From an uncultured Ruficoccus sp. (GTDB lineage: Bacteria > Verrucomicrobiota > Verrucomicrobiia > Opitutales > Cerasicoccaceae): a DNA stretch of 64,000 nt. Both the position numbers and the translations under genes were made by a program. A model generated the notes under the pieces. It saw only the letters and a program-made list of their open reading frames with translations. It was not told the DNA's origin and made no database searches. Location of the stretch: contig OZ223510.1 in assembly GCA_965140785.1 (NCBI GenBank), forward strand, positions 224,001 through 288,000, given 5' to 3'. Of this stretch, positions 22,466 to 32,570 are shown one piece after another; positions within the stretch are counted from its first letter, which is position 1; the number at the start of each line of letters is the position of its first letter.

Positions 22466-22613
22466 GAGGGTGAACAGGACGGCTTAACCGCATCGGAACG
22501 CCCGCTAATCCTTTCGCCAAACCAGCAGACTGAGCCCGCCCCGGTTTTTTTAGTTTTGACTGTACGGCAAAAATGCATGGGCTCTATAAGCTTTCATTTA
22601 GACAACCACCGCT

Positions 22614-23360
22614 ATGTATAAGATCGTACTTCTGCGCCACGGCGAGAGCCAATGGAACCTCGAAAACCGCTTCACCGGCTGGACCGATGTGGACCTGACC
22701 GAAAAGGGTGAAGAACAGGCCCGCGAGGCCGGCCGCGTCCTGGCCAAGGAGGGCTTCCGTTTCGACATCGCTTTCACCTCCCTGCAAACCCGCGCCAACC
22801 GCACCCTCAACCTCTGCCTGGAGGAAATGGACCTGACCTTCATTCCGATCCAGAAGAGCTGGCGCCTGAACGAACGCCACTACGGCGCGCTCCAGGGCCT
22901 GGACAAGAGCGAAACCGCCGCCAAGTACGGCGACGAGCAGGTGCTCATCTGGCGTCGCAGCTACGACACGCCGCCGCCCGAGCTTGAGTTGACCGACGAG
23001 CGCTTCCCCGGTAACGATCCGCGCTACGCCGATCTGCCCAAGGACGACCTGCCCCAGACCGAATGCCTGAAGGACTGTGTCGAGCGCTTCCTGCCGTACT
23101 GGGATATGGAAATCAAGCCGCAGGTCTCCGCCGGCAAGTCCGTCATCATCGCCGCCCACGGCAACTCCCTGCGCTCCCTTTACAAGCACCTGGCCAAGGT
23201 CTCCGACGAGGACATCATCGGCGTCAACATCCCCACCGGCATGCCGCTTGTGTTCGAGCTCAACGAAAAGTTTGAGACCGAAAAGTTCTATTATCTGGGT
23301 GACGAAGAGGCCGTAAAAAAGGCCATGGAAGCTGTTGCCAATCAGGGCAAGGCCAAGTAG
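22614..23360 (+). CDS. gpmA: 2,3-bisphosphoglycerate-dependent phosphoglycerate mutase
   Basis: 'LRHGESQWN', 'LNERHYG', 'AHGNSLR'. Confidence 0.95.
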   Translation: MYKIVLLRHGESQWNLENRFTGWTDVDLTEKGEEQAREAGRVLAKEGFRFDIAFTSLQTRANRTLNLCLEEMDLTFIPIQKSWRLNERHYGALQGLDKSETAAKYGDEQVLIWRRSYDTPPPELELTDERFPGNDPRYADLPKDDLPQTECLKDCVERFLPYWDMEIKPQVSAGKSVIIAAHGNSLRSLYKHLAKVSDEDIIGVNIPTGMPLVFELNEKFETEKFYYLGDEEAVKKAMEAVANQGKAK

Positions 23361-23381
23361 CGTTATTCCGTTAACCACGGA

Positions 23382-23939
23382 ATGCCCACGCCCGACCACA
23401 AGCCCGAATCCGACCCCCTCGAACCGGAAAGCCCCACCAGCGACTCCCTTCCCCAAGGGGAAGAAGAGGAGCGTCTGGAGAGCTTTACCGAGGAGTTTGA
23501 GAAGTTTTTCGTCGAAGGCCGCTCCGATCCCAGCAGTTGGATCGGGGTCGGTCTGGACGGCACGCTCGCCCACAGCGAGGGCGCCATCGATCCGGCGATA
23601 ATCGGCGAGCCCGTCGCTGACATGGCGGCTCGCGTGCGGGACTGGGTCAAGCGCGGGCACACGGTGAAAGTCTTCACCCCCCGGGCGACGGAAGCGACCG
23701 GCGTCACACTGGTCGAACAATGGCTGCGCGACCACGACCTGCCCGCGTTGGAGGTCGTCTGCGAGAAGGATCTGCACATGCTCGAGCTGTGGGATTCCCG
23801 CACCGTCCAGGTCATTGCCAACAGTGGCAAACCGGTCGGCCAAAGCCGTGTCGAGCAGCCACGGCAAGTCTTTGACAATGAGACCCTTTCGCAGAAAGAG
23901 GAAGATTCCGACAAGGAATCGGGCACAAACGCACAATAG
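23382..23939 (+). CDS. HAD-like hypothetical protein with a degenerate motif I
   Basis: 'WIGVGLDGTLA', 'VKVFTPR', 'ELWD'; acidic low-complexity termini. Confidence 0.55.
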   Translation: MPTPDHKPESDPLEPESPTSDSLPQGEEEERLESFTEEFEKFFVEGRSDPSSWIGVGLDGTLAHSEGAIDPAIIGEPVADMAARVRDWVKRGHTVKVFTPRATEATGVTLVEQWLRDHDLPALEVVCEKDLHMLELWDSRTVQVIANSGKPVGQSRVEQPRQVFDNETLSQKEEDSDKESGTNAQ

Positions 23940-23980
23940 GCTTTTCTCGTCACCGAAAGGGTGCCTAATGTGAGCCTGTC

Positions 23981-26404
23981 ATGGCTCAAAAGGAGGATTG
24001 TCCCTGCCCGGATTCGCGGGCTTCCTGCCCCGCAGGCGTGAGTAAAACCGTGCGCGAGTCGCCGGGCGTGGAGGGCGTGGACATCGACCACAAGAGCGGG
24101 CGCATCGACATTCTTTATGATCCCAGCCGCGCTTCGCAGGCAGACGTGGAGCGGGCTGCCCGCCGGCTTAGTGGACAGATCGACACCATCCCCGGCAAAT
24201 GCGTGTTCCGTCTGCACGGACGCGGCTGCGAAGAGTGCGCCCGCCGCATCGGGATCGACCTGGAGCACCGGTCGGGCATCCGGCGAGCCAGCGCGTCTTT
24301 CCTCGGTGGGGTGCTCAGTGTCAGCTTTGACCAGGCCGGGCATGACGAAAGTACGATTTTGGAGACCGCCCGTTCCGCCGGAGCCCAGGTGGAACCGCTG
24401 GAAGAGGCCCTGTACAAGGAGGAGGCCGAAAAGCGCGAGGCGCGAACGTCCTTCAGCGCCTTTGTCCGCTATTGGCTGAGCGGCACCCGGCTGGAAATCG
24501 TTTTCACCGCGCTGACGCTGGTCTGCATGGTGGCCGGGCTCGTCGTCGAAAAAATCGGAGCCGCCTCACTGGTTTACAACACCCTGTATGTGCTAGCCTA
24601 CGTTTTCGGCGGGTACTACGGTACGCTGGCGGGGCTGGAGTCGATCCGGCGCCGGGTGGTTGATGTGGACCTGCTCATGATTCTGGCCGCGCTCGGGGCG
24701 GCTTACGTGGGCGCGCCCTTCGAGGGGGCCATGCTGCTGTTCCTGTTTTCCTTTTCCGAGGTTTTGCAGACCTTCGCTATCGGGCGCACCCGCAACGCCA
24801 TCAAGGCCCTCGCGCAGATGCGTCCGCAGTCGGCCCACGTGCTGCGTGGCGACCGCATCGTGGAGACGCCCATCGCCCAGATCGAACTGGGGGCACGTCT
24901 CCTGATCCGCCCCGGCGACCGCATCCCGCTCGACGGCCGGGTGGTCAGCGGGGAGAGCACCTTGGACCAGAGCTCCGTCACCGGCGAGTCCATGCCTGTC
25001 TCTAAGGCAGTGGGAGACAGTGTCTTCGCCGGGACCATGAACCAGAACGGCAGCCTGACCGTGCAAGTCACCCGCCTGGCCAAGGACTCGACCATCTCGA
25101 AGCTGATCAAAATGGTCGAGGAGGCCCAGTCCGAGAAGGCCAGGACTCAGCGCTTCCTCGAAACCGCTGAGCAGTACTACGCGCTCGGAGTGATCATTTT
25201 TACCGTCCTGCTCGGCGTTCTGCTGCCGACTGTTTTCAAGGTCCCACTCGACGAGGCGCTCTACCGGGCGATCACCGTCATGGTCGTGGCCTCGCCCTGC
25301 GCGCTGGTCATCAGCACGCCCGCCTCGATCCTGTCGGCCATCGGCAACGGCGCCCGCCGGGGCATCCTCTTCAAGGGCGGGGCGCACCTCGAGCAGGCCG
25401 CGACGCTGCGCGTGATCACCTTTGACAAAACCGGCACCCTGACCGAGGGCCAGCCGCGGGTCAACGCAGTCATCTCCTTCGGGGACACTCCCAGCGCCGA
25501 ACTCCTCCGTCTTGCCGGGGCGGTCGAGGCCAAGTCCGAGCACCCGCTGGCCCAAGCCATCGTGGAGCACGCCCGTGGCGAGGGGGCGGCTTTCCCCGAG
25601 TGCGAGGGCTTCCGGGCTGTGACGGGGAAGGGCGCATTCGCGCGGGTCGAGGGACGGGCCATCGTCGTCGGCAGCCCCAAGTGGATGCGCGAGTATCACT
25701 TTGAAAACGCCGAGGCCATCGAATCCCGTGTGGCGGAGATTCAGGACTCGGGCCGCACGAATGTGCTGGTGGGAGAAGTACACGAGGAGAGCAACACGGT
25801 AAAAGTGCTGGGCTCGTTCGCCATCGCCGATCATCTGCGCGCGGAAGTACCCGCCATGGTCAAGCACCTGCGCGAGCAGGGCATCCGGCGCGTGGTTATG
25901 CTGACCGGGGACGCCGAGCGCGTGGCCAAGGCCGTGTCAGCCGAGGCGGGACTCGACGAGTATTACGCCGAGCTGTTGCCTGAGGACAAGGTCCGCCTGA
26001 TGAAGGAACTTTCGCGGGGCGAACACGTCGGCATGGTCGGCGACGGCACCAATGACGCGCCCGCCCTGGCCTCGGCCACGGTCGGGATCGCCATGGGCGC
26101 TGCCGGCAGCGACGTAGCCCTGGAGAGCGCAGACATCGTGCTCATGGCCAACGATCTCAAGCGCATCCCGTACCTGATCGCTCTCAGCCACGCCGCCCGC
26201 CGCGTCATGCTCCAGAACCTGATTTTCGCCGCCGGGGTGATTGTCGTCATGGTGTTGGCCACGCTCCTTCTGCCGCTGGTCGGAGTGGACGTTCCGCTGC
26301 CGCTCGGCGTCTTCGCGCACGAGGGTGGAACGGTGCTCGTCTGCCTGAACGGCCTGCGCCTGCTCGCCTTCAAGGACAAGCGGCTCCCCGAAGACGGGCC
26401 CTAG
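23981..26404 (+). CDS. Heavy-metal P1B-type ATPase (P1B-4 signature SPC/HEGGT)
   Basis: TGES, 'ASPCAL', DKTGT, 'SEHP', GDGTND, 'HEGGT'. Confidence 0.9.
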   Translation: MAQKEDCPCPDSRASCPAGVSKTVRESPGVEGVDIDHKSGRIDILYDPSRASQADVERAARRLSGQIDTIPGKCVFRLHGRGCEECARRIGIDLEHRSGIRRASASFLGGVLSVSFDQAGHDESTILETARSAGAQVEPLEEALYKEEAEKREARTSFSAFVRYWLSGTRLEIVFTALTLVCMVAGLVVEKIGAASLVYNTLYVLAYVFGGYYGTLAGLESIRRRVVDVDLLMILAALGAAYVGAPFEGAMLLFLFSFSEVLQTFAIGRTRNAIKALAQMRPQSAHVLRGDRIVETPIAQIELGARLLIRPGDRIPLDGRVVSGESTLDQSSVTGESMPVSKAVGDSVFAGTMNQNGSLTVQVTRLAKDSTISKLIKMVEEAQSEKARTQRFLETAEQYYALGVIIFTVLLGVLLPTVFKVPLDEALYRAITVMVVASPCALVISTPASILSAIGNGARRGILFKGGAHLEQAATLRVITFDKTGTLTEGQPRVNAVISFGDTPSAELLRLAGAVEAKSEHPLAQAIVEHARGEGAAFPECEGFRAVTGKGAFARVEGRAIVVGSPKWMREYHFENAEAIESRVAEIQDSGRTNVLVGEVHEESNTVKVLGSFAIADHLRAEVPAMVKHLREQGIRRVVMLTGDAERVAKAVSAEAGLDEYYAELLPEDKVRLMKELSRGEHVGMVGDGTNDAPALASATVGIAMGAAGSDVALESADIVLMANDLKRIPYLIALSHAARRVMLQNLIFAAGVIVVMVLATLLLPLVGVDVPLPLGVFAHEGGTVLVCLNGLRLLAFKDKRLPEDGP

Positions 26405-26434
26405 GCCGTTTCGCGTTTGAAGTGGGGATTTTTA

Positions 26435-26567
26435 TTAACCACAAAGGCACAAAGGTACAAAGGGCTGGGAAGGGAAGTTTGAGGAGGGGTATCTGCCTAC
26501 CTCTGTTGACGAATTTGGGATTTCGAATCCTCTGAATTTCTTTGCGCCTGCGCGCCTTTGCGGTGAA
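26435..26567. repeat. Palindromic element with CACAAAGG-periodic arms
   Basis: TTAACCACAAAGGCACAAAGGTACAAAG ... CTTTGCGCCTGCGCGCCTTTGCGGTGAA. Confidence 0.6.
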
Positions 26568-26623
26568 GATATTCGCTCGACCGTCCTCTCCAAAAACTTC
26601 AACGCCTATCAGCCCTTTTCACC

Positions 26624-27190
26624 ATGCCCATGCCCAACATAGCCACCCGCCGCGGCGACACCGGGACAACCTCCCTGTGGTCCGGCGAACGTGTACCCAA
26701 GACCGACCCGCGCATCCGCGCCACCGGCGAGATCGACTGCGTCCTGGCCATGCTGGGCCGCGGCCACCATTACCTCCGTGCCGGGGATGATTTCGCGCAG
26801 CAGTTGAGCAAGGACTTCCTGCACGTGCAGCGGCGCTTCACCTACCTGATGGGCGAGGTCTCCACCAGCGAGGAGCGCAAGCAGGACTATGTCGCGAAAA
26901 AGGAAGCGATCAGCGACGAGGACGTAGCGTTTGTCGAGGCGCTTTACGAGCGCTTGCGCACACACCTGAACGAAACCGGCCGTACCTTCGACTTTAAATC
27001 CTGGAAAGTGGCGGGCGAAGCCGGCGCGGCCTCGGCGGAGTTTCACGTCGTCCGGTCCGCCTTCCGCCGGGTGGAGCTGATGCTGTGGGGCTTGCACGAG
27101 CGGGGCTTCACCATCCGTGAACCGCTGCTCAAGTGCTTTAACCGCTTTTCAGATGTGCTCTTTTTCACCGCCATCCTGATGGAAGAGTAG
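26624..27190 (+). CDS. PduO-type ATP:cob(I)alamin adenosyltransferase
   Basis: 'TRRGDTGTT', 'RVPKTDPRI', 'RRVE', 'NRFSD'. Confidence 0.8.
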   Translation: MPMPNIATRRGDTGTTSLWSGERVPKTDPRIRATGEIDCVLAMLGRGHHYLRAGDDFAQQLSKDFLHVQRRFTYLMGEVSTSEERKQDYVAKKEAISDEDVAFVEALYERLRTHLNETGRTFDFKSWKVAGEAGAASAEFHVVRSAFRRVELMLWGLHERGFTIREPLLKCFNRFSDVLFFTAILMEE

Positions 27191-27218
27191 GGCGCCCGTT
27201 GCCTGTTGTCGTGAATGC

Positions 27219-27385
27219 TAGAGCACTTTCGCTTTAATCAGTCGCACTCGGCTGAGCTGATTTTAAGTCTGGCGGCGTTGGCTGGGGGGACTTACGGGCT
27301 TCCAGCCCGCTACGCCCCCAGCCGCCTGGCGAGCCTTCAAGACATTTCCCCACCGAGTGCGACTGATTAAAGCGAAAGTGCTCTA
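27219..27385. mobile_element. MITE with 31-bp perfect terminal inverted repeats and a flanking TA duplication
   Basis: TA|GAGCACTTTCGCTTTAATCAGTCGCACTCGG (27221-27251) ... CCGAGTGCGACTGATTAAAGCGAAAGTGCTC (27353-27383)|TA. Confidence 0.8.
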
Positions 27386-27401
27386 AGTTCGCGGCCTATT
27401 G

Positions 27402-27534
27402 ATTGCGGGCTTACGCAGCCCGCGCCCGCGGCAGGCATAGCCTGCACTTCCGATGCTTACAGCATCGTCTCTGCGATTGGCGAGGGTAGCGATAAGCTGC
27501 CCTCGCCAATCGCAGAACCAAAGCATCAAAACTG
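27402..27534. repeat. Four-hairpin structured repeat, copy 2
   Basis: See 17688-17813; the long stem shows compensatory changes. Confidence 0.75.
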
Positions 27535-27576
27535 GACCCCCCAATTTTGCCGAAAACTTACCACTCGCGACACAGC

Positions 27577-29367
27577 CTAGCTCTTTTCAGTTTTCTCGGC
27601 GGTGTAGATGGTGATATCGGCCGACTCCACGCCGGTGATTTCGCGGGCACGCTTGAGGGCATCGCGGGTGGAGATGGTCGGGTTTTCCGGCGAGTAGCGA
27701 AAGAAGTTCTCCTCGCCGATCAGCTTCATCAGCCCGGAGTCGCGCATGACCTTTTCCAGTTCGGGGTGCACGCCGGAGACAATCAGGTCGCTGCCCTTGC
27801 TGCGGGCGAACCGCGTGAGCTCCATCATGGTGCTGGCGGCGGTGGCGTCGAGGTGGTGGGCATTACGCAGGCGCAGGACAATGATGCGCAGGTCCGGGTG
27901 CTCGGCCATGTGACGCATCTGGTCCAGGAACACATCGCTGGAGGCAAAGAACAGGTCGCCCTCGACGTGCACGATGGCGATTTCCGGGCGGCGGTGTTTC
28001 TGCACTTCCGGGGCCCGCTCGAGGAGGTTGCCCTGCTCGTCAAAGGAGATTTCCCGCAACTCGGGCTTGGCCGCCTGACGGACGAACAGACCGATGGAGA
28101 TGGCCGCGCCCACGTAGATGGCGGTGTCCAGTGGCAGCACGAGGCCACCCACAAAAGTGACGAGGAAGACCGTGGCGTCGTTGCGTGTGGTGTTCAGCAT
28201 GAGCCGGATCTGCTCGCGATTGATAAGGGAGAGGCCGACCAGGATAACCAGCGTGGCCAGCGCGGCACGGGGGATGTAGCCGATCAACCCGCCAAAAAGG
28301 AAAAGCGCGACAATCAGGAACGTCCCGCTATAGACACTGGACATGCGCGTGGCGGGCTTGCTGCGGAAATTCAGCATCGAGCGCGTGAGCGACCCGCTCA
28401 CGGCCATGCCGCCCCCGAGCGAACTGGCGCAGGTGGCCACCCCCATGGAGAGCATCTGTTGGTTCAGGTCGATGCGGTCGCCAGCCTGAGCGGCCAGGGT
28501 CTTGGCGATGGACGAGCTCTCCAGCATGGCCAGGAACGCCACCGCCAGCGCGCCGCCGGCGATTTGCGAGAATTCCTTCCAGTGGAACAGCGGCAGCGTC
28601 AGCGGCCAGGAGCTGGCCTTGACCCCGGAGAGCATCTCAGGCTCCAGCCCCAGGGGACGCACCAGCCAGACGATGAAGCTCGTCAATACCAGCGCGATGG
28701 CGATATTTGGCAGGCCCTTGGCCCAGCGCTTGAGCGGCAGGTAGCAGGCCAGGGTGATACCCGAGACCACGAGCGCGTTCCAGTCGGTCTGGCTGAGTCC
28801 GCCGGTGAAATTTCCCAGCGCCTCGGCAAACGTCCCCGCCCGCGGCACATGCAGCCCGCAAACGGTTTTCAACTGGTTGATGATGATCAGGAACGCCGCC
28901 GCGGTGATATAGCCGCAGATGACGGCCTTGGAAATGTACTGGGTGATCCCGGCCACCTTGCAAAAGGCGCCCACAACCATAAAGACGGCGACCAGCATCA
29001 GCAGCAGGGGCAGCGCCAGCAGCGACTCGACCGGCGAGTAGCCCAGGGAGAGAAAGACGGACAGCAGCATGACCGCCGTGGCGTTGCTGGGGCCGAGCAT
29101 GATAAAGCGCGAGCTGGCCAGGATCGGCCCAGTGATCGTCGAAAGCGAGGCACAGAAAATCCCCGCCTGCACCGGCAGTCCCGCGATCAGCGCATAGGCC
29201 ATGCTCTGCGGAAAGTCCAGCAGCGCCACATTCATGGCCGCTCCCAGGTCTTGCTTCGCTTTTTTTAAACTGTAGTTGCGCAAGACTTTCCCGATCGGGA
29301 AGAGGTCCAGTCCGTTCCAGCTTAAGCCGCGCTTCTCTTTTTTCTCAGTCCCTACACCTTCATTCAT
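27577..29367 (-). CDS. SulP family anion transporter with STAS domain
   Basis: 'PQSMAYALIAGLP', multiple TM segments, 'GDLFFAS', 'LDAT'. Confidence 0.9.
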   Translation of the reverse strand: MNEGVGTEKKEKRGLSWNGLDLFPIGKVLRNYSLKKAKQDLGAAMNVALLDFPQSMAYALIAGLPVQAGIFCASLSTITGPILASSRFIMLGPSNATAVMLLSVFLSLGYSPVESLLALPLLLMLVAVFMVVGAFCKVAGITQYISKAVICGYITAAAFLIIINQLKTVCGLHVPRAGTFAEALGNFTGGLSQTDWNALVVSGITLACYLPLKRWAKGLPNIAIALVLTSFIVWLVRPLGLEPEMLSGVKASSWPLTLPLFHWKEFSQIAGGALAVAFLAMLESSSIAKTLAAQAGDRIDLNQQMLSMGVATCASSLGGGMAVSGSLTRSMLNFRSKPATRMSSVYSGTFLIVALFLFGGLIGYIPRAALATLVILVGLSLINREQIRLMLNTTRNDATVFLVTFVGGLVLPLDTAIYVGAAISIGLFVRQAAKPELREISFDEQGNLLERAPEVQKHRRPEIAIVHVEGDLFFASSDVFLDQMRHMAEHPDLRIIVLRLRNAHHLDATAASTMMELTRFARSKGSDLIVSGVHPELEKVMRDSGLMKLIGEENFFRYSPENPTISTRDALKRAREITGVESADITIYTAEKTEKS

Positions 29368-29583
29368 TTCTCAAGCACTCACTTGAAAGCAGAAATTAGC
29401 GGAGCGAGCAAGACTTGGTACACACGATTAGTGAAAACGATTCAGTACGTAAAAAATCATTAACACAGCCGTCGTCGTCTGAACGCTACAAAAAGTGGGG
29501 CAAGCTCCGCCCCTCTCCTTATTCGGGAAAACTTAGGCTTAAAAAAAATATATATTGGCATCTGGGTTGCTCGTATCTCAGCC

Positions 29584-30390
29584 ATGAATAAGCTTTTACC
29601 GCTGCTAGCTGCTCTCGCCATTGTCGGCTACGGATGTGGTAAAAAAAATGAGACAAGACAAGGAGCTGCTTCCGATACGCCGACGCTGACGATTTACGTC
29701 GCGGCCAGCCTGACGGACGTCGTCCAGGCCATTGGCAAGGATTTCGAGAACGAGCATCAAGTCGAGCTGGTGTACAATTTCGCCAGTGCGGGTGCGCTGG
29801 CGCAGCAGATCATGGCCGCGCCGCGGGCAGACGTGTACCTCAGCGCGAACGAACGCTGGATGAACGAGGTGGAGCAGGCCGGGGAGGTGGCTGCGGGCAC
29901 CCGCAAGCAGCTTCTGCAAAACGCCCTCGTCGTCATCGCCAACCCGTCCGGGCGCTTTTCCATGAGCGGGCCGGAAGACCTGCCGGGGATGAATTTCAAG
30001 TTTCTTTGTATCGGCGATCCGGCGCATGTGCCGGCGGGCAGTTATACCAAAAAATGGCTCGAAAGCGTCAAGAGCTCCGACGGTGAAACCATCTGGAGCC
30101 AGGTGGAGAGCCGCGTCTCCCCGGCCCCGGATGTGCGGGCGGCGTTGGCTCAGGTCGAGGGGACATCAGACGTCATCGGCGTCGTGTACCGCACCGACTA
30201 CATGGCCGATAAGGACAAGGTGAAGCTTCTCTATCAAGTGCCGCCGAGCGAGGGGGTGAACATTTCCTACTCGGTGGCTGCGCTCACGGCCAGCAAGCAT
30301 CCGGTCCTGGCGAAAGAGTTCGTCGATTATCTGTTCAGCCCGAAAGCCCGGAAGCTTTTCAGCGAGGCGGGCTTTATCGTTAAAGAATAA
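29584..30390 (+). CDS. modA: Molybdate ABC transporter substrate-binding lipoprotein
   Basis: Lipobox GYGC, 'AASL', 'VPAG', 'VYRTD'. Confidence 0.9.
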   Translation: MNKLLPLLAALAIVGYGCGKKNETRQGAASDTPTLTIYVAASLTDVVQAIGKDFENEHQVELVYNFASAGALAQQIMAAPRADVYLSANERWMNEVEQAGEVAAGTRKQLLQNALVVIANPSGRFSMSGPEDLPGMNFKFLCIGDPAHVPAGSYTKKWLESVKSSDGETIWSQVESRVSPAPDVRAALAQVEGTSDVIGVVYRTDYMADKDKVKLLYQVPPSEGVNISYSVAALTASKHPVLAKEFVDYLFSPKARKLFSEAGFIVKE

Positions 30391-30398
30391 AAGCCGTC

Positions 30399-31088
30399 AT
30401 GGGTTCCTCGATCACCGCTGTCATTCTCTCGACCTTACTGTGGGCGCTGTTGTCCACGCTCGTCGTCCTGCTCATCGGCGTACCGCTGGCCTACCTGCTG
30501 GCGCGGCGCGAGTTCCACGGCAAGCGGGCGATCTCCGCCCTCGTCAGCCTGCCCATGGTGCTGCCGCCGACCGCCGTGGGCTACCTGCTGCTGAGCCTGC
30601 TGGCCGATAACGGCCCCCTGGGCCGCAACACGCTCGGGATCGATCTGGACATTCTCCTCAACTGGAAGGGCGTCGTCGTCGCCTACAGCGTGATGTCTTT
30701 TCCGCTTTTCGTCCGAACAGCGCGCGTGAGCTTCGAGGCGGTCAGCCCCCGACTCGAAGCTATGTCGCTGACCCTCGGGCGGGGGCGGGTCCACACTTTC
30801 TGGGTGGTAACGCTGCCGCTGGCCACCCGCGGACTGATCGCGGGGCTGATCCTGGCCTTTACCCGGGCGATGGGGGAATTTGGCGCCACGGTGATTCTGG
30901 CCGGAAACATTCCCGGGCGCACGCAGACGCTCGCCTCGGCCATCTACAGCGCCCAGCAGTCCGGCAACGACCACCGCGCCAACATCCTGCTCCTGACCGC
31001 GCTCGCCCTCGGCTTCGCCCTCGTTTATGTCACCGAACGACTCACCACGCTGCCGGCCTTCAAAGACAGCCGCCTGCTGGGACGCTGA
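30399..31088 (+). CDS. modB: Molybdate ABC permease
   Basis: '[14 protein letters not shown]', 'GEFGAT', 'GNIPGRTQT'. Confidence 0.92.
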   Translation: MGSSITAVILSTLLWALLSTLVVLLIGVPLAYLLARREFHGKRAISALVSLPMVLPPTAVGYLLLSLLADNGPLGRNTLGIDLDILLNWKGVVVAYSVMSFPLFVRTARVSFEAVSPRLEAMSLTLGRGRVHTFWVVTLPLATRGLIAGLILAFTRAMGEFGATVILAGNIPGRTQTLASAIYSAQQSGNDHRANILLLTALALGFALVYVTERLTTLPAFKDSRLLGR

Positions 31089-31207
31089 ACAAAACGTTAA
31101 TCAACGCTATTCATCTCAAGCGCCCTCGATGGTTTCAGAAACATACAGCTATCCTGAAGCTCTTTGCGCCCTTCGCGGTTAATAATTATTCAGCTCAATA
31201 AACATCG

Positions 31208-32335
31208 GTGACAGCAGAAGAACATAGTCACGGCCAGTTGGACATACGTTTAAAAGTGCCGCTGGACCAGTTTGTCCTGGATATTGAATACAGCTCGGCC
31301 AGCCCGGTTATCGGCGTCTTCGGTCCCTCCGGCTGCGGCAAGACGACCCTACTGGAGACCGTGGCCGGGATCAGCAAGGTCGCGGGGATCGAAGGCAGCA
31401 TCCGCTTCGACGGCGTGACCTGGCTGGACTCGAACCATAAGGTCAACCTGCCGCCGCAGCGGCGCGACATCGGCTACGTGCCGCAGGACCACCTGCTTTT
31501 CCCGCACCTGAGCGTGAAGAAAAACCTTCTTGCCGGGCAGGCGAGGGCGGAGCGCGGCCACCATGACCCGGACGCGACCTTCCGCGAGGTGGTGCGGACG
31601 CTCCACCTTGAGCCGCTGCTCGGACGCACCGTGGCCACACTCTCGGGCGGCGAACGCCAGCGCGTTGCTCTCGGGCGGGCGCTCTGCTCGGGGCCACGCC
31701 TGCTTCTGCTCGACGAGCCGCTGGCCGCGCTCGACATCACGCTGCGCCGCCGGGTGCTGCCGTTTTTATTAAAAGTACGCGACCGCTTCCGCATCCCGAT
31801 GTTCATCGTCTCGCACGATCCCTTCGAACTTCAGGCCCTGTGCAGCGAAGTCATCGCCCTGCGAAAGGGAAAAATCATAGCCTGCGAACCGCCCGCCCAG
31901 CTGTTTACACGCACGGACATTTACCCGATGGCCGCCTCGCACGGCTTCGAGAATGTCCTGCCCGCCGTCGTGGCGGCGCACGGCGACCACAAGACCACCG
32001 TCCGCCTCGGTGAAACCGGAGACGGCCCCGTGGTCAATGTCCTGCCGGTCGAGATCGAGCCGGGCGAACGCCTCATGCTCGGCTTCCCCGCCAGCGACAT
32101 CCTCGTCGCCACTGACCGCTTCGAGGGTCTCTCGGCCCGCAACATTCTCGCGGCCACCATCACTGATGTGCGCCCCATCGACAGCCATTTTATCGCCCTG
32201 GCCCAATTGGAGGGCAGCGCCCTGGACCCACTCGCGGTCGAGGTCACCCCCGACGCGGTGGAGGAACTCGGCCTGCACGCGGGCCGCCGCATCCACCTCC
32301 TGATGAAGTCCAGCGCCATCCGTGCGTATTCGTAG
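31208..32335 (+). CDS. modC: Molybdate ABC ATPase with TOBE domains
   Basis: GPSGCGKT, LSGGE, 'SARNIL'. Confidence 0.9.
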   Translation: MTAEEHSHGQLDIRLKVPLDQFVLDIEYSSASPVIGVFGPSGCGKTTLLETVAGISKVAGIEGSIRFDGVTWLDSNHKVNLPPQRRDIGYVPQDHLLFPHLSVKKNLLAGQARAERGHHDPDATFREVVRTLHLEPLLGRTVATLSGGERQRVALGRALCSGPRLLLLDEPLAALDITLRRRVLPFLLKVRDRFRIPMFIVSHDPFELQALCSEVIALRKGKIIACEPPAQLFTRTDIYPMAASHGFENVLPAVVAAHGDHKTTVRLGETGDGPVVNVLPVEIEPGERLMLGFPASDILVATDRFEGLSARNILAATITDVRPIDSHFIALAQLEGSALDPLAVEVTPDAVEELGLHAGRRIHLLMKSSAIRAYS

Positions 32336-32342
32336 AACAGTG

Positions 32343-32564
32343 AAATCGGCCACGAAGTTCACAAAGGAGACACGAAGAACACGAAGTTTTGAGAAAAGCC
32401 CGTTAGAGGTCTAATGGGCTTAAGCAAGTATTGTATGTTTCTCTCTACCTTGCGTTCGCTTTAGTTGGCTGACGGTTGGAGCGACTCCAGATGAGCAGAT
32501 GGCATATTCCATCAAATGCTCTTCGAGACCTTCGTGTCTCCTTTGTGAACTTCGTGGCCGATTT
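32343..32564. repeat. Palindromic element with 35-bp perfect arms (CACGAAG-periodic) and an AT-rich core
   Basis: AAATCGGCCACGAAGTTCACAAAGGAGACACGAAG and its exact reverse complement ending at 32564. Confidence 0.8.
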
Positions 32565-32570
32565 CCCCCT

